Assembly: GCA_023898565.1 (NCBI GenBank)
Contig: CP060228.1
Location: forward strand, 560,594 to 624,593
DNA length: 64,000 nucleotides
Direction: 5' to 3'
Source: Candidatus Nomurabacteria bacterium
GTDB taxonomy: Bacteria; Patescibacteriota; Minisyncoccia; Phycocordibacterales; UBA918
Positions 36,034 to 43,729 of this stretch are shown here, piece by piece. The notes beneath the pieces are model-generated. The model saw only the letters and a program-made list of their open reading frames with translations. It ran no database searches and was not told the origin of the DNA. The position numbers and the translations under genes are program-made. Position 1 is the first letter of the stretch. Each line of letters begins with the position of its first letter.

Positions 36034-36423
36034 ATGTTTGATTTTCACCAAAAGCGTAAACTTCGGGCGGTAATAAATTCACCCTTCACCCAAGCTGTAC
36101 TTTTGGCATTGGTGTTCATGATCGCTTGGAGCGCGTATGTACGATTTGATATCGCGATGGAAATGCGTGATCGCCGAGTACAGGCGGAGTTGCAAGCTGC
36201 AGCGCTTGAGGCACGTAAAACAGAGCTCGAAAAACAGGTAAAGTATCTTTCGAGCGAGCGTGGTATTGAAGCGGAAATGCGCCGACAGTTTGATGTGGCT
36301 TTGCCTGGTGAGCAGGTGGTGGTTATTGTCGAAGAGCAAGATAGCGGGTCTGAGGTGTTGCCGCTTTCTACTTCAACTCCAGAAGAATCGTCTGTGCGGC
36401 ACTGGTACCAGTTTTGGCGGTAA
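36034..36423 (+). CDS. Septum formation initiator family protein (FtsB/DivIC-like)
   Basis: N-terminal TM followed by coiled coil. Confidence 0.55.
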   Translation: MFDFHQKRKLRAVINSPFTQAVLLALVFMIAWSAYVRFDIAMEMRDRRVQAELQAAALEARKTELEKQVKYLSSERGIEAEMRRQFDVALPGEQVVVIVEEQDSGSEVLPLSTSTPEESSVRHWYQFWR

Positions 36424-36470
36424 GTCACGGTTTTGGTATACTTAAGAACGTATTAAATTAAATTTTCACT

Positions 36471-36710
36471 ATGGATAAGCCAGCAGTAACAATCTACAGC
36501 ACGCCAGTATGTCACTTTTGTCATGCTGCTAAAGAGTTTTTTGCCGAAAACAATGTCACATATACTGAGCATGATGTGGCCGGTGACGCAGAAAAGCGTC
36601 AAGAAATGATCGACATGACTGGCCAAATGGGCGTGCCAGTAATCCGCATCGGTGATGACGTAATTATTGGCTTTGATGAGCCAAAGCTAAAAGAACTGCT
36701 CTCACTCTAG
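36471..36710 (+). CDS. Glutaredoxin-like (NrdH/YruB-type) thioredoxin-fold protein
   Basis: CHFC active site, 79 aa. Confidence 0.75.
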   Translation: MDKPAVTIYSTPVCHFCHAAKEFFAENNVTYTEHDVAGDAEKRQEMIDMTGQMGVPVIRIGDDVIIGFDEPKLKELLSL

Positions 36711-37421
36711 GGTGCTTAAAAGCGGCTTAGGCCGCTTTTTTAGTTTGTAGTACTTATGCACTTTGTAGCTGCCAACCAAAAGATTGATAAACGCTAGTAT
36801 GCTGATAGTTCTAAAACCTTCTTCGTTGCTGACAGTTGCCAGGTCGATAATAAAAGGAATGATGAGTGCGTACACGATCAAACCTGCACAAGTGATTGTT
36901 TTTATCCGTAACGTTGAAATAAATACGCGTCTGGCTGAGTATCCCGCGATTACTTGTGCGACTTCTTGATTGGCTCGAAAGGCTGGGAACCAAGTAAGGC
37001 CGGCGTTTGTTTCCGGGTCACTGTGCTGTGTTTTTTTGTGTAGCATTGATGATCCGGCTTTTGCACCCAAAATATTCACACTGCCAGCTGCAATCCAGCC
37101 TATATACACCGCTGCTATTATTCCAATGAAGTGAGCCCAGCCAGCAATTTGTCCTAGGATTGCGATAACTAAGACTACTGTTGTTCCCGGGAAAAAACTA
37201 CCAATAATATAGAGTCCTTCAAAAAAAATGGAGAGAAACGCAGCCAAAAACAACCAACCGCCTTTAGCTGATTCGATAAATGCAATCAAGTCTGCAATGC
37301 CAGGAATATTTGTCTGGAACAATCCCAAAATACCGTAGATGAGTAGAAATACACCTGTAGCAATCCAAACAATCCCACTGCGCAGATGTTCTGTATGCGT
37401 TTGCATGCATGCAGTATACAA
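36702..37421 (-). CDS. DedA/TVP38-family membrane protein
   Basis: Multi-TM with ...FEGLYIIGSFFPGTT... pattern. Confidence 0.5.
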   Translation of the reverse strand: MYTACMQTHTEHLRSGIVWIATGVFLLIYGILGLFQTNIPGIADLIAFIESAKGGWLFLAAFLSIFFEGLYIIGSFFPGTTVVLVIAILGQIAGWAHFIGIIAAVYIGWIAAGSVNILGAKAGSSMLHKKTQHSDPETNAGLTWFPAFRANQEVAQVIAGYSARRVFISTLRIKTITCAGLIVYALIIPFIIDLATVSNEEGFRTISILAFINLLVGSYKVHKYYKLKKRPKPLLSTLE

Positions 37422-37455
37422 TAGTTAGCATTACTACAGGTAAGCTTAGGTACGT

Positions 37456-38325
37456 ATGAGTGGCACCGCTACAAAAGAATTGATTCGCTTTTTTTCTATT
37501 TCGTTTTTCTTTGCAACGGCCGTAACGATTGCAATGTATGCGTTTGAATTACCTGCCGAGGCGTTAGTGCTAGTTATGGGATCAGTTTTCTTTTCAGCAA
37601 TTGTATGTGAAAAAATTGATGGTGTTTCGGTCGCAAAAAATATTCTCAGTCAGTTTACGACTGTCCGTTGGGTAAAAATAGTAAAATCATACGCATTTTT
37701 TGCCGTACTCTTTTTGTGTATACAAATCATGTGCATTATGTTGCTGTCCTTTGTCTCACCAGCATTCGGGACTTTGGTTACGAGCGATGTTGCATTTCAG
37801 CAGTTGAATGCGCAGGTTGGCTTTGGCTATAGCCAGACGATGTCGCTCGTTCAAGCCGCGTTTGGCAGCGTGCTCATGGCAATTATTTTGGGCGCTACGA
37901 TTAGTGGTGCTTTTGCTTTTTTAGAAGAGTATGCGTGGAGAGGGTATGTATATCAAAAAACTGCTGAGCTCAGCTACTTTAAACAAGATATGATAATTGG
38001 AGTATTGTGGGGCTTGTGGCATGCTCCAGCGATTATGCTGCTTGGCCTCAATTATCCAGACAATCGTTTGGAAGGAGTTATACTTATGGTTATTTTTACA
38101 ACGGTAGTATCGTTTGTATTTAATGCGATGAGGCGCAGTTCTGGGTCTGTCGTGTTGAGTGCAATGGGGCACGGTTTCATAAATGCTGCTGGTGCACAAA
38201 TACTCTTCTTTGCAGGTCAGCCTGATGGGCTACTTGGTCCGGTAACGGGACTGAGTGGTATAATGGCTTTTCTTATTACCTACGCAGTAATGCGTTTTGG
38301 TGCTGTTACAGCGCGAACTACCTAG
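37456..38325 (+). CDS. CPBP-family intramembrane metalloprotease (CAAX protease-like)
   Basis: EEYAWRGY, GLWHAPA and HGFINAAG motifs. Confidence 0.75.
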   Translation: MSGTATKELIRFFSISFFFATAVTIAMYAFELPAEALVLVMGSVFFSAIVCEKIDGVSVAKNILSQFTTVRWVKIVKSYAFFAVLFLCIQIMCIMLLSFVSPAFGTLVTSDVAFQQLNAQVGFGYSQTMSLVQAAFGSVLMAIILGATISGAFAFLEEYAWRGYVYQKTAELSYFKQDMIIGVLWGLWHAPAIMLLGLNYPDNRLEGVILMVIFTTVVSFVFNAMRRSSGSVVLSAMGHGFINAAGAQILFFAGQPDGLLGPVTGLSGIMAFLITYAVMRFGAVTARTT

Positions 38326-39118
38326 TCTTTGTGTACACAATTGACTGAAGAATAAAGACAGCAATTAATACAGCAATAATAAGACTGCTCGTAGGTACGT
38401 CAACATAGAGCGCCGTTGCAAGGCCAATTGTCACAGATACTACTGAGACTCCGATTGATGTGAACACCAATCCTTTAAATGAGGTCACCCAGTTTCGTGC
38501 GCTGAGTACTGGAATAACGAGCAGTGCGCCGATCAGCAGACCTCCAATCGTTTTGATTCCTACCCAGACAGCAATTGCTAAAATCCAAAAGTATAGCAAC
38601 GAGACGAGTTGGGGAGTGCGCTTAAACGGGATAACGTACCGCGGGCTTTGGGTTGCGCCAAGGAGCGGGTACCAAAAGTGCCACACAGCACCAACGACAA
38701 ATATGGTAGCACAAAGAATAGCTATGAGGTCGCTCGTCGTGAGTGTTAGAATACTTCCAAACAGGTAATTTTCAAAAGAAAAGGCTGTATCTTTAGCAAT
38801 GTGCACAAAGGCTAATGCAAGAGCCAGACCACCGCTTAAGAAAAACATGGCAAGCGCGTCGGGACTGTATGAGTCTGAGTCAAGCAACCACCAGATTAGC
38901 GTGCTGACTAAAATAAGTGTTGGAAGGGCTCCCCACCACGGACTTACTCCCACGAGTAGTGCACCCCCAATACCCGCCAAAGCGACATGAGCAAACATAT
39001 CTGAGGCGATTGATTGTCTACTTTGCACGACAAATGGACCGAGGATACCGGCTAAGATGGCCATACCAATACCGCCAAGGAATGCATATTGTACAAATGT
39101 GTATGTGAGTAGTTCCAT
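38318..39118 (-). CDS. znuB: Zinc/manganese ABC transporter permease (ZnuB-like)
   Basis: ABC-3 permease family, 8 TM. Confidence 0.8.
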   Translation of the reverse strand: MELLTYTFVQYAFLGGIGMAILAGILGPFVVQSRQSIASDMFAHVALAGIGGALLVGVSPWWGALPTLILVSTLIWWLLDSDSYSPDALAMFFLSGGLALALAFVHIAKDTAFSFENYLFGSILTLTTSDLIAILCATIFVVGAVWHFWYPLLGATQSPRYVIPFKRTPQLVSLLYFWILAIAVWVGIKTIGGLLIGALLVIPVLSARNWVTSFKGLVFTSIGVSVVSVTIGLATALYVDVPTSSLIIAVLIAVFILQSIVYTKTR

Positions 39119-39123
39119 GGTTG

Positions 39124-39861
39124 TTAGTGGAGTGAATTACGAGGCTTGGGTGGGTTGCTGGACGAGCAGTGATGATGAATGACCTGTGGTGGTTCTTCTA
39201 TTGGGGAAAGGGTCGTTTGGTGGCAGTCAGTGCGTAGGGTTTTGTTGAGGCATAAAACGCGATCACTGAGTGGCAACACGCTCTCAATGTCATGCGAGAC
39301 CAAGAGGACTGTCATGTGATGGTCTTGTTGCAGGTGTCTAATAAGTTCGTATAAGCCACCACGGGAAACATAATCTACCGCAGCCAGCGGCTCGTCCAAA
39401 ACGAGAATGTTTGGATTACTGAGTAACGCTCTAGCGATTGCGACACGCTGACGTTCACCGCCAGATAAACCTAGGTAAGACTGGTGTAACGTACCAAGTG
39501 ATACGCCTACGTGGGTAAGTGCTTCCTCGTAGTCGGTTGCTGTGAACGATTTGCGCTGGCTGTAGAGTGGGGTGGTGCCAATCCGAAGGTATTCGTATAC
39601 CGATAGGGGCAGCTGGTATTGGTCTGTTGCTGAGAGTTGTGGAATGTATTGAATTTGGGTGTTTTTCCGAATGTGCACGGTGCCAGTGTAATGCGGGTCA
39701 AGACCAAGGATGATTTTAACCAAAGTGGTTTTACCGGCTCCGTTAGGTCCAATTAAAGAGACAAGCGATTGCTCTCTGATATCAAAGGTAATATCAACCA
39801 AAAGCTGCTTGCCGCCAATTGTTTTGTTGACATTCTTGAGGCTGATGATGGCGTTAGTCAT
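39124..39861 (-). CDS. znuC: Zinc/manganese ABC transporter ATP-binding protein (ZnuC-like)
   Basis: Walker A GPNGAGKTT, signature LSGGERQRV, Walker B LVLDEP. Confidence 0.85.
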   Translation of the reverse strand: MTNAIISLKNVNKTIGGKQLLVDITFDIREQSLVSLIGPNGAGKTTLVKIILGLDPHYTGTVHIRKNTQIQYIPQLSATDQYQLPLSVYEYLRIGTTPLYSQRKSFTATDYEEALTHVGVSLGTLHQSYLGLSGGERQRVAIARALLSNPNILVLDEPLAAVDYVSRGGLYELIRHLQQDHHMTVLLVSHDIESVLPLSDRVLCLNKTLRTDCHQTTLSPIEEPPQVIHHHCSSSNPPKPRNSLH

Positions 39862-40855
39862 GACACTGAAGCGCTGTTGCGAAGGCGGTAAGATTGCTTC
39901 GCATGAGCGTTAGGTAATTGTGCCCTGTGGGAACAATATACGCAATCGGATTTATGGTAAGTGTCTGTAAACCAGTTTCTCGAGCCAGTGTTTCTCCGTA
40001 TGCTGCTACGCTGTTTTCTTCTAGGAGAATAGCGTCGATTCCTTCTGCTGCTTCTTCTTTAAGCTCAGCCATGGTAGTGACTGATGGGGTGTCTTGAGTA
40101 GAGAGCCCCGCAATTGAATGTACTTCAAAATGATATCGCTCAGCTAGGTAGCCAAAAGCGTCATGAGAGGTGATTACTTCAGTCAGTGCACAATCGGCAA
40201 GTCTGTTTTCATATTCGTTGTTAAGTGCGGCTAGTTCTGACTGCAGGATTGCTGCGTTTTCTTGGTAGGTGGCTGCATTGCCGGGATCAATAACAGATAT
40301 TCTTTCTGTAAGATAGGTAACAGTCTGGCTGAAAAGAATGGGATCAAGCCAGGTGTGTGGATCATACGCACCATGGTGGTGCTCGTCCTCGTGTACTTCC
40401 TCCTCGTGTTCATTTTCATGCTCCGTTTCCGCTTCTTCGTGACCTTCGTCCTCGTGATTATGGCCGCCCTCGTGGAGTTCGATTGTGTCTGTCGCGATAA
40501 TGACTGGTACGCCGTCGGCTTCTAGTCGGTCGATGGTGCTGTCACTCCAGGGTTCAAATTCCGCACCTTGTAGCACTACAACATCTGCTCGCTGCATAGC
40601 GACCATGTCTTTGGTAGTTGGTTCAAAATTGTGAGGGTCGCTACCAGCGCCAATATTGGTGACGGTCCCTACATCACCTACAATACGCGTAAGTGCAAAT
40701 TCGAGCGGGTAGAAGGAGGTGACAATTGAAATGTCCTCAGCGTGCATTACATCAGTACGGGCAGATTCGCCTTCGGGCATTTTGGTGTTTGAAGTTGCGT
40801 ACCAGATTCCAGCAAAGAAAAGAAAGATAATAATGATTCCGAATAAGTACTTCAT
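39854..40855 (-). CDS. znuA: Zinc ABC transporter substrate-binding protein (ZnuA-like) with His/Glu-rich loop
   Basis: TroA-like fold; loop HEGGHNHEDEGHEEAETEHENEHEEEVHEDEHHHGAYDPHTW. Confidence 0.8.
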   Translation of the reverse strand: MKYLFGIIIIFLFFAGIWYATSNTKMPEGESARTDVMHAEDISIVTSFYPLEFALTRIVGDVGTVTNIGAGSDPHNFEPTTKDMVAMQRADVVVLQGAEFEPWSDSTIDRLEADGVPVIIATDTIELHEGGHNHEDEGHEEAETEHENEHEEEVHEDEHHHGAYDPHTWLDPILFSQTVTYLTERISVIDPGNAATYQENAAILQSELAALNNEYENRLADCALTEVITSHDAFGYLAERYHFEVHSIAGLSTQDTPSVTTMAELKEEAAEGIDAILLEENSVAAYGETLARETGLQTLTINPIAYIVPTGHNYLTLMRSNLTAFATALQCHD

Positions 40856-40884
40856 AAGATGGTAAGTATGTGTTAATTAATTTA

Positions 40885-40943
40885 TGCAAATGATTCGCAA
40901 TTGCGAGTATAGCAGATTAGTGCTAATATGCAAATGATTCGCA
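40885..40943. promoter_or_regulatory. Two copies of a palindromic Zur/Fur-type box (tgcaaatgattcgca) in the znuA-zur divergent region
   Basis: 40885-40899 and 40929-40943; the second abuts the zur start codon. Confidence 0.6.
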
Positions 40944-40944
40944 T

Positions 40945-41307
40945 ATGAAAATTCGACTAACTAAAAAACGTCAAGTCATTCTCGACGTATTAAAAGAACA
41001 ACACACGGCACTTTCTGCTGCAGAAATCCACGCGCTGGTCCCGGATATTGATTTGGCTACTGTATATAGGAGCCTCGATTATTTTGCGAGTGTGAAGGTC
41101 ATCAAAAAACTGCAGCTTGGATCGCAAGAAACACGCTTCGAGTTTCAGCATGAGCCACACCATCATGCTGTGTGTACAGAATGTCAACGGGTGATTCATT
41201 TCACTGCTCCAGATGAGAAAATTAAAAAACTACTCGGAGTGAAGGACTTTAAGGTTGATGAACTGGAGGTAACGGTGCGGGGAATCTGTAATCACGTAGT
41301 TACATAG
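40945..41307 (+). CDS. zur: Fur-family metalloregulator (Zur-like)
   Basis: DNA-binding winged helix; HHHAVCTEC metal site; divergent from znuACB. Confidence 0.8.
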   Translation: MKIRLTKKRQVILDVLKEQHTALSAAEIHALVPDIDLATVYRSLDYFASVKVIKKLQLGSQETRFEFQHEPHHHAVCTECQRVIHFTAPDEKIKKLLGVKDFKVDELEVTVRGICNHVVT

Positions 41308-41347
41308 CCGCACTAGGCGTGACATTGGCTTTTGAAGCAGAGAATTT

Positions 41348-41419
41348 GTGCCCTGAGCAGGAATCGAACCCACATTTCCTCCTTAGGACGGAGTTGTTCT
41401 ATCCATTGAACTACCAGGG
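41348..41419 (-). tRNA. tRNA-Arg (anticodon CCT)
   Basis: Acceptor GCCCTGG/TCAGGGC; anticodon loop gTCCTaa; T-loop TTCGATT. Confidence 0.8.
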
Positions 41420-41421
41420 CG

Positions 41422-41775
41422 GTGCTAGCTACTGTAGCACAAAAGTGTCGTTTCTTTGAGTCTTGCTGCTATACTGTAGGTATGTTGCCAGATTACGACG
41501 CTCATGAGCAGCTGCGGACACTGATGCTCGAAAATCAGCGCCTATTAACTGAAAACAACCAGCTGATGCGGAAGCTGTATAAGCGTACGATGCTTCTGTT
41601 TTGGTGGCGGATTGCGTCGTTTTTAATCCTCATTGGTGCACCGTTTGTGCTGTACTTTTATGTAGTTGAACCCTATTTTGACAAGCTAGGATCCTCGTTT
41701 GAGACATTTCAGCAAGGCTTGCAGGAGGTGCCGGGCTGGAAACAGTTTTACCAAGCAATTGGCGGGGATGAATAG
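41422..41775 (+). CDS. Hypothetical membrane protein (start possibly at 41482)
   Basis: One TM (LLFWWRIASFLILIGAPFVLYF). Confidence 0.4.
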   Translation: MLATVAQKCRFFESCCYTVGMLPDYDAHEQLRTLMLENQRLLTENNQLMRKLYKRTMLLFWWRIASFLILIGAPFVLYFYVVEPYFDKLGSSFETFQQGLQEVPGWKQFYQAIGGDE

Positions 41776-41835
41776 ATTGAAATTATTAGAGAAATAGGTA
41801 CAATAGCGGTCACATTCAGTGGTATGCACTGATTT

Positions 41836-41908
41836 GCTTGGGTAGCTCAGTTGGTAGAGCATTCGCCTGAAGAGCGAAGGGTCAGCAGTTCGAGCCTGCT
41901 CCCAAGCA
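41836..41908 (+). tRNA. tRNA-Phe (anticodon GAA)
   Basis: Acceptor GCTTGGG/CCCAAGC; anticodon loop cTGAAga; T-loop TTCGAGC. Confidence 0.9.
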
Positions 41909-41956
41909 CATATCGCCGACCCCGACACGAAAGTGTCGGGGTCGTTGCTATATGTA

Positions 41957-42088
41957 GCTTGGGAGCAGGCTCGAAAACCGGAGTCGGTATACAAGACGAC
42001 GAGCCTGCGAGGAGTGCTTGTCGGCGAGGTGGGGTTGCGAGCGCGACCGGAGGGAGCGACTTGTGACCGAGCCTGCTCCCAAGCACAC
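41957..42088. repeat. Inverted (41957-41976) and direct (42066-42088) partial copies of the tRNA-Phe 3' end
   Basis: gcttgggagcaggctcgaa is the reverse complement of the tRNA T-arm/acceptor; gagcctgctcccaagcaca repeats it directly. Confidence 0.8.
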
Positions 42089-42123
42089 CCTGAAGCTTTG
42101 CTTCGGAGGTGGGCTATCCACAT

Positions 42124-42152
42124 TTGACGAAAATCATATTGGCTGGTATTCT
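42124..42152 (+). promoter_or_regulatory. Sigma-70 promoter TTGACG-17-TATTCT
   Basis: Drives the 54-aa ORF at 42219 through an approximately 60-nt leader. Confidence 0.5.
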
Positions 42153-42218
42153 CTCCCGGTCATTCACTTTGGATGGCACAAAATTCACAATAAACAGTTC
42201 TTTTTTGGAGGTTGGTTT

Positions 42219-42383
42219 ATGTCGGAAGAAAGTAATAGTGTCACTCATCAGACACGCGATCTGCACCCGAGCCACTTGAGTGACTTCATGGTCAAGACGT
42301 TGTTCTGGCTGGCTGGCGCTGAGGTGCCGTCCGGTGAAGACGGAAGCAGCACGCTGCTTGAAGGTGTTGCTCAAGAAGCATAA
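42219..42383 (+). CDS. Small hypothetical protein (54 aa)
   Basis: GGAGG SD 8 nt upstream; followed by terminator. Confidence 0.5.
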   Translation: MSEESNSVTHQTRDLHPSHLSDFMVKTLFWLAGAEVPSGEDGSSTLLEGVAQEA

Positions 42384-42450
42384 AACCCAAAAACCCGCAT
42401 GTGCGGGTTTTATTTTTTACAATTCAGCCGCGCCCTGTGGGCGCGGCTGA
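42384..42450. terminator. Two back-to-back terminator hairpins (plus-strand small gene; minus-strand hsp20)
   Basis: aaaacccgcatgtgcgggtttt; cagccgcgccc tgt gggcgcggctg. Confidence 0.8.
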
Positions 42451-42455
42451 CCTTG

Positions 42456-42968
42456 TTATTTATGTCCAGCGTTGGTGCGTACTTTGAGTTGCGTACTGCG
42501 GTGCTTATCGAGCTTTGGTAGCTTAATCTCAAGCAATCCATGCTTTTCCTGTGCTTCAGCTTCGTCGATAGCTACTTCTTCCGGTAAGAGAAGAGTGCGA
42601 GAGAAGCTGCCCCAGAAAAGTTCGCGGTGGAAGTAGTTGTCGTCGTGGGCTTCTTGGTATTCTTCTCGAAGACCACGAATAGTTACCATGTCACGTGTAA
42701 TAGAGATGTCGAGTTCTGCCGGGCTTACTCCTGCGACAAGTGCACGAATGACGATTGCATCATCGGTCTGGTACATATCCACTGGAAGCTCACCTTCTTG
42801 CGGGCTCCCTGATTCGTTGTGGTCATCCCAAGCCTCTTCCTCTTCTTGATAGTCTTCCTCTACAGCAAGATCGTCATCTTCACCAAATTCATGCTCCTCG
42901 TCGAGAATGCGGTCGTATTCGTCCGGTTGACCACCGGTGAGACGTTCTAGAAATGAAGGTTTTTTCAT
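42456..42968 (-). CDS. Hsp20/alpha-crystallin family small heat-shock protein
   Basis: Alpha-crystallin domain with conserved C-terminal I-x-I-like motif region; acidic N-terminal extension. Confidence 0.75.
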   Translation of the reverse strand: MKKPSFLERLTGGQPDEYDRILDEEHEFGEDDDLAVEEDYQEEEEAWDDHNESGSPQEGELPVDMYQTDDAIVIRALVAGVSPAELDISITRDMVTIRGLREEYQEAHDDNYFHRELFWGSFSRTLLLPEEVAIDEAEAQEKHGLLEIKLPKLDKHRSTQLKVRTNAGHK

Positions 42969-43666
42969 GATGCTTGTTGAAGATTATGCTTTTGTTCAAG
43001 GATTTTGATTTTTTCAAAAAGAAGAAACAGGAGGATGATGCCCATCCAGACAAAGAGAAAGACGGTAAGAATAGTCTCTCCGCTTGCATCCATTATAAAA
43101 AAGTTAAATAAGGCATGCAATACAATAGCAATGAACAACCCTACGGTGCCAGCGACTACTTGAATACCACGAGACTTATAGTATGCGAGTGCAAGCGCAA
43201 TCCCAACAGTGCCAGAAGCGAGCACATGGAGCAGGGTGGCACCTAAAAAACGAAAGCCACCGGTAATAACTGAATCCATGTACTCACCCAGTACGAGTGG
43301 ATTGAAAATGAAGAGTGCGTTTTCCAGGGCGGCAAAGCCTAAGGCCAGCACAATCATGTAAATGACCATGTCGATTGGCTCGTCGACTTCTTTATTCCAA
43401 AAAATAATTGCGAGGGCCACTGCATATTTGAGCAGCTCTTCCACGATGACCCATACCACGATGATGTGGGTGCCTGAGTAAAGATCGATGGCGAGTTTTT
43501 GCAGGGGGAGCGCCATAGGAACGACTGCCATGCCGGCGATAAAAGAAATTGCAATCAGGAAGTACGGTTCTGGTTTTTTGCTGTCTTCACGCAACCAAAA
43601 CCAGACCCAAAAGAGAGCCGGAATGAGTCCTGAGAGAAAGGCAATGGCAAAGTACGTGGATTCCAT
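42965..43666 (-). CDS. PrsW-family intramembrane protease
   Basis: EExxK (VEELLKY), FxxxEN (FAALENALF), HxxxxG motifs; 6-7 TM. Confidence 0.7.
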   Translation of the reverse strand: MESTYFAIAFLSGLIPALFWVWFWLREDSKKPEPYFLIAISFIAGMAVVPMALPLQKLAIDLYSGTHIIVVWVIVEELLKYAVALAIIFWNKEVDEPIDMVIYMIVLALGFAALENALFIFNPLVLGEYMDSVITGGFRFLGATLLHVLASGTVGIALALAYYKSRGIQVVAGTVGLFIAIVLHALFNFFIMDASGETILTVFLFVWMGIILLFLLFEKIKILEQKHNLQQAS

Positions 43667-43729
43667 TTGTGATTATTGTAGCAAAACGCGGCGCCCACTT
43701 CGTGGGCGCCGCGTTTTTGCGGGGGATTG

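Noticed and set aside
41686-42383. ORFs 41686-42123(-), 41851-42066(+), 41933-42127(+) and the 121-aa version of 42018-42383
   Set aside because: They overlap tRNA-Phe and its repeat scar and have no start-signal context. Only the terminal 54 codons (42219-42383), which have a GGAGG SD and a promoter, are credible.
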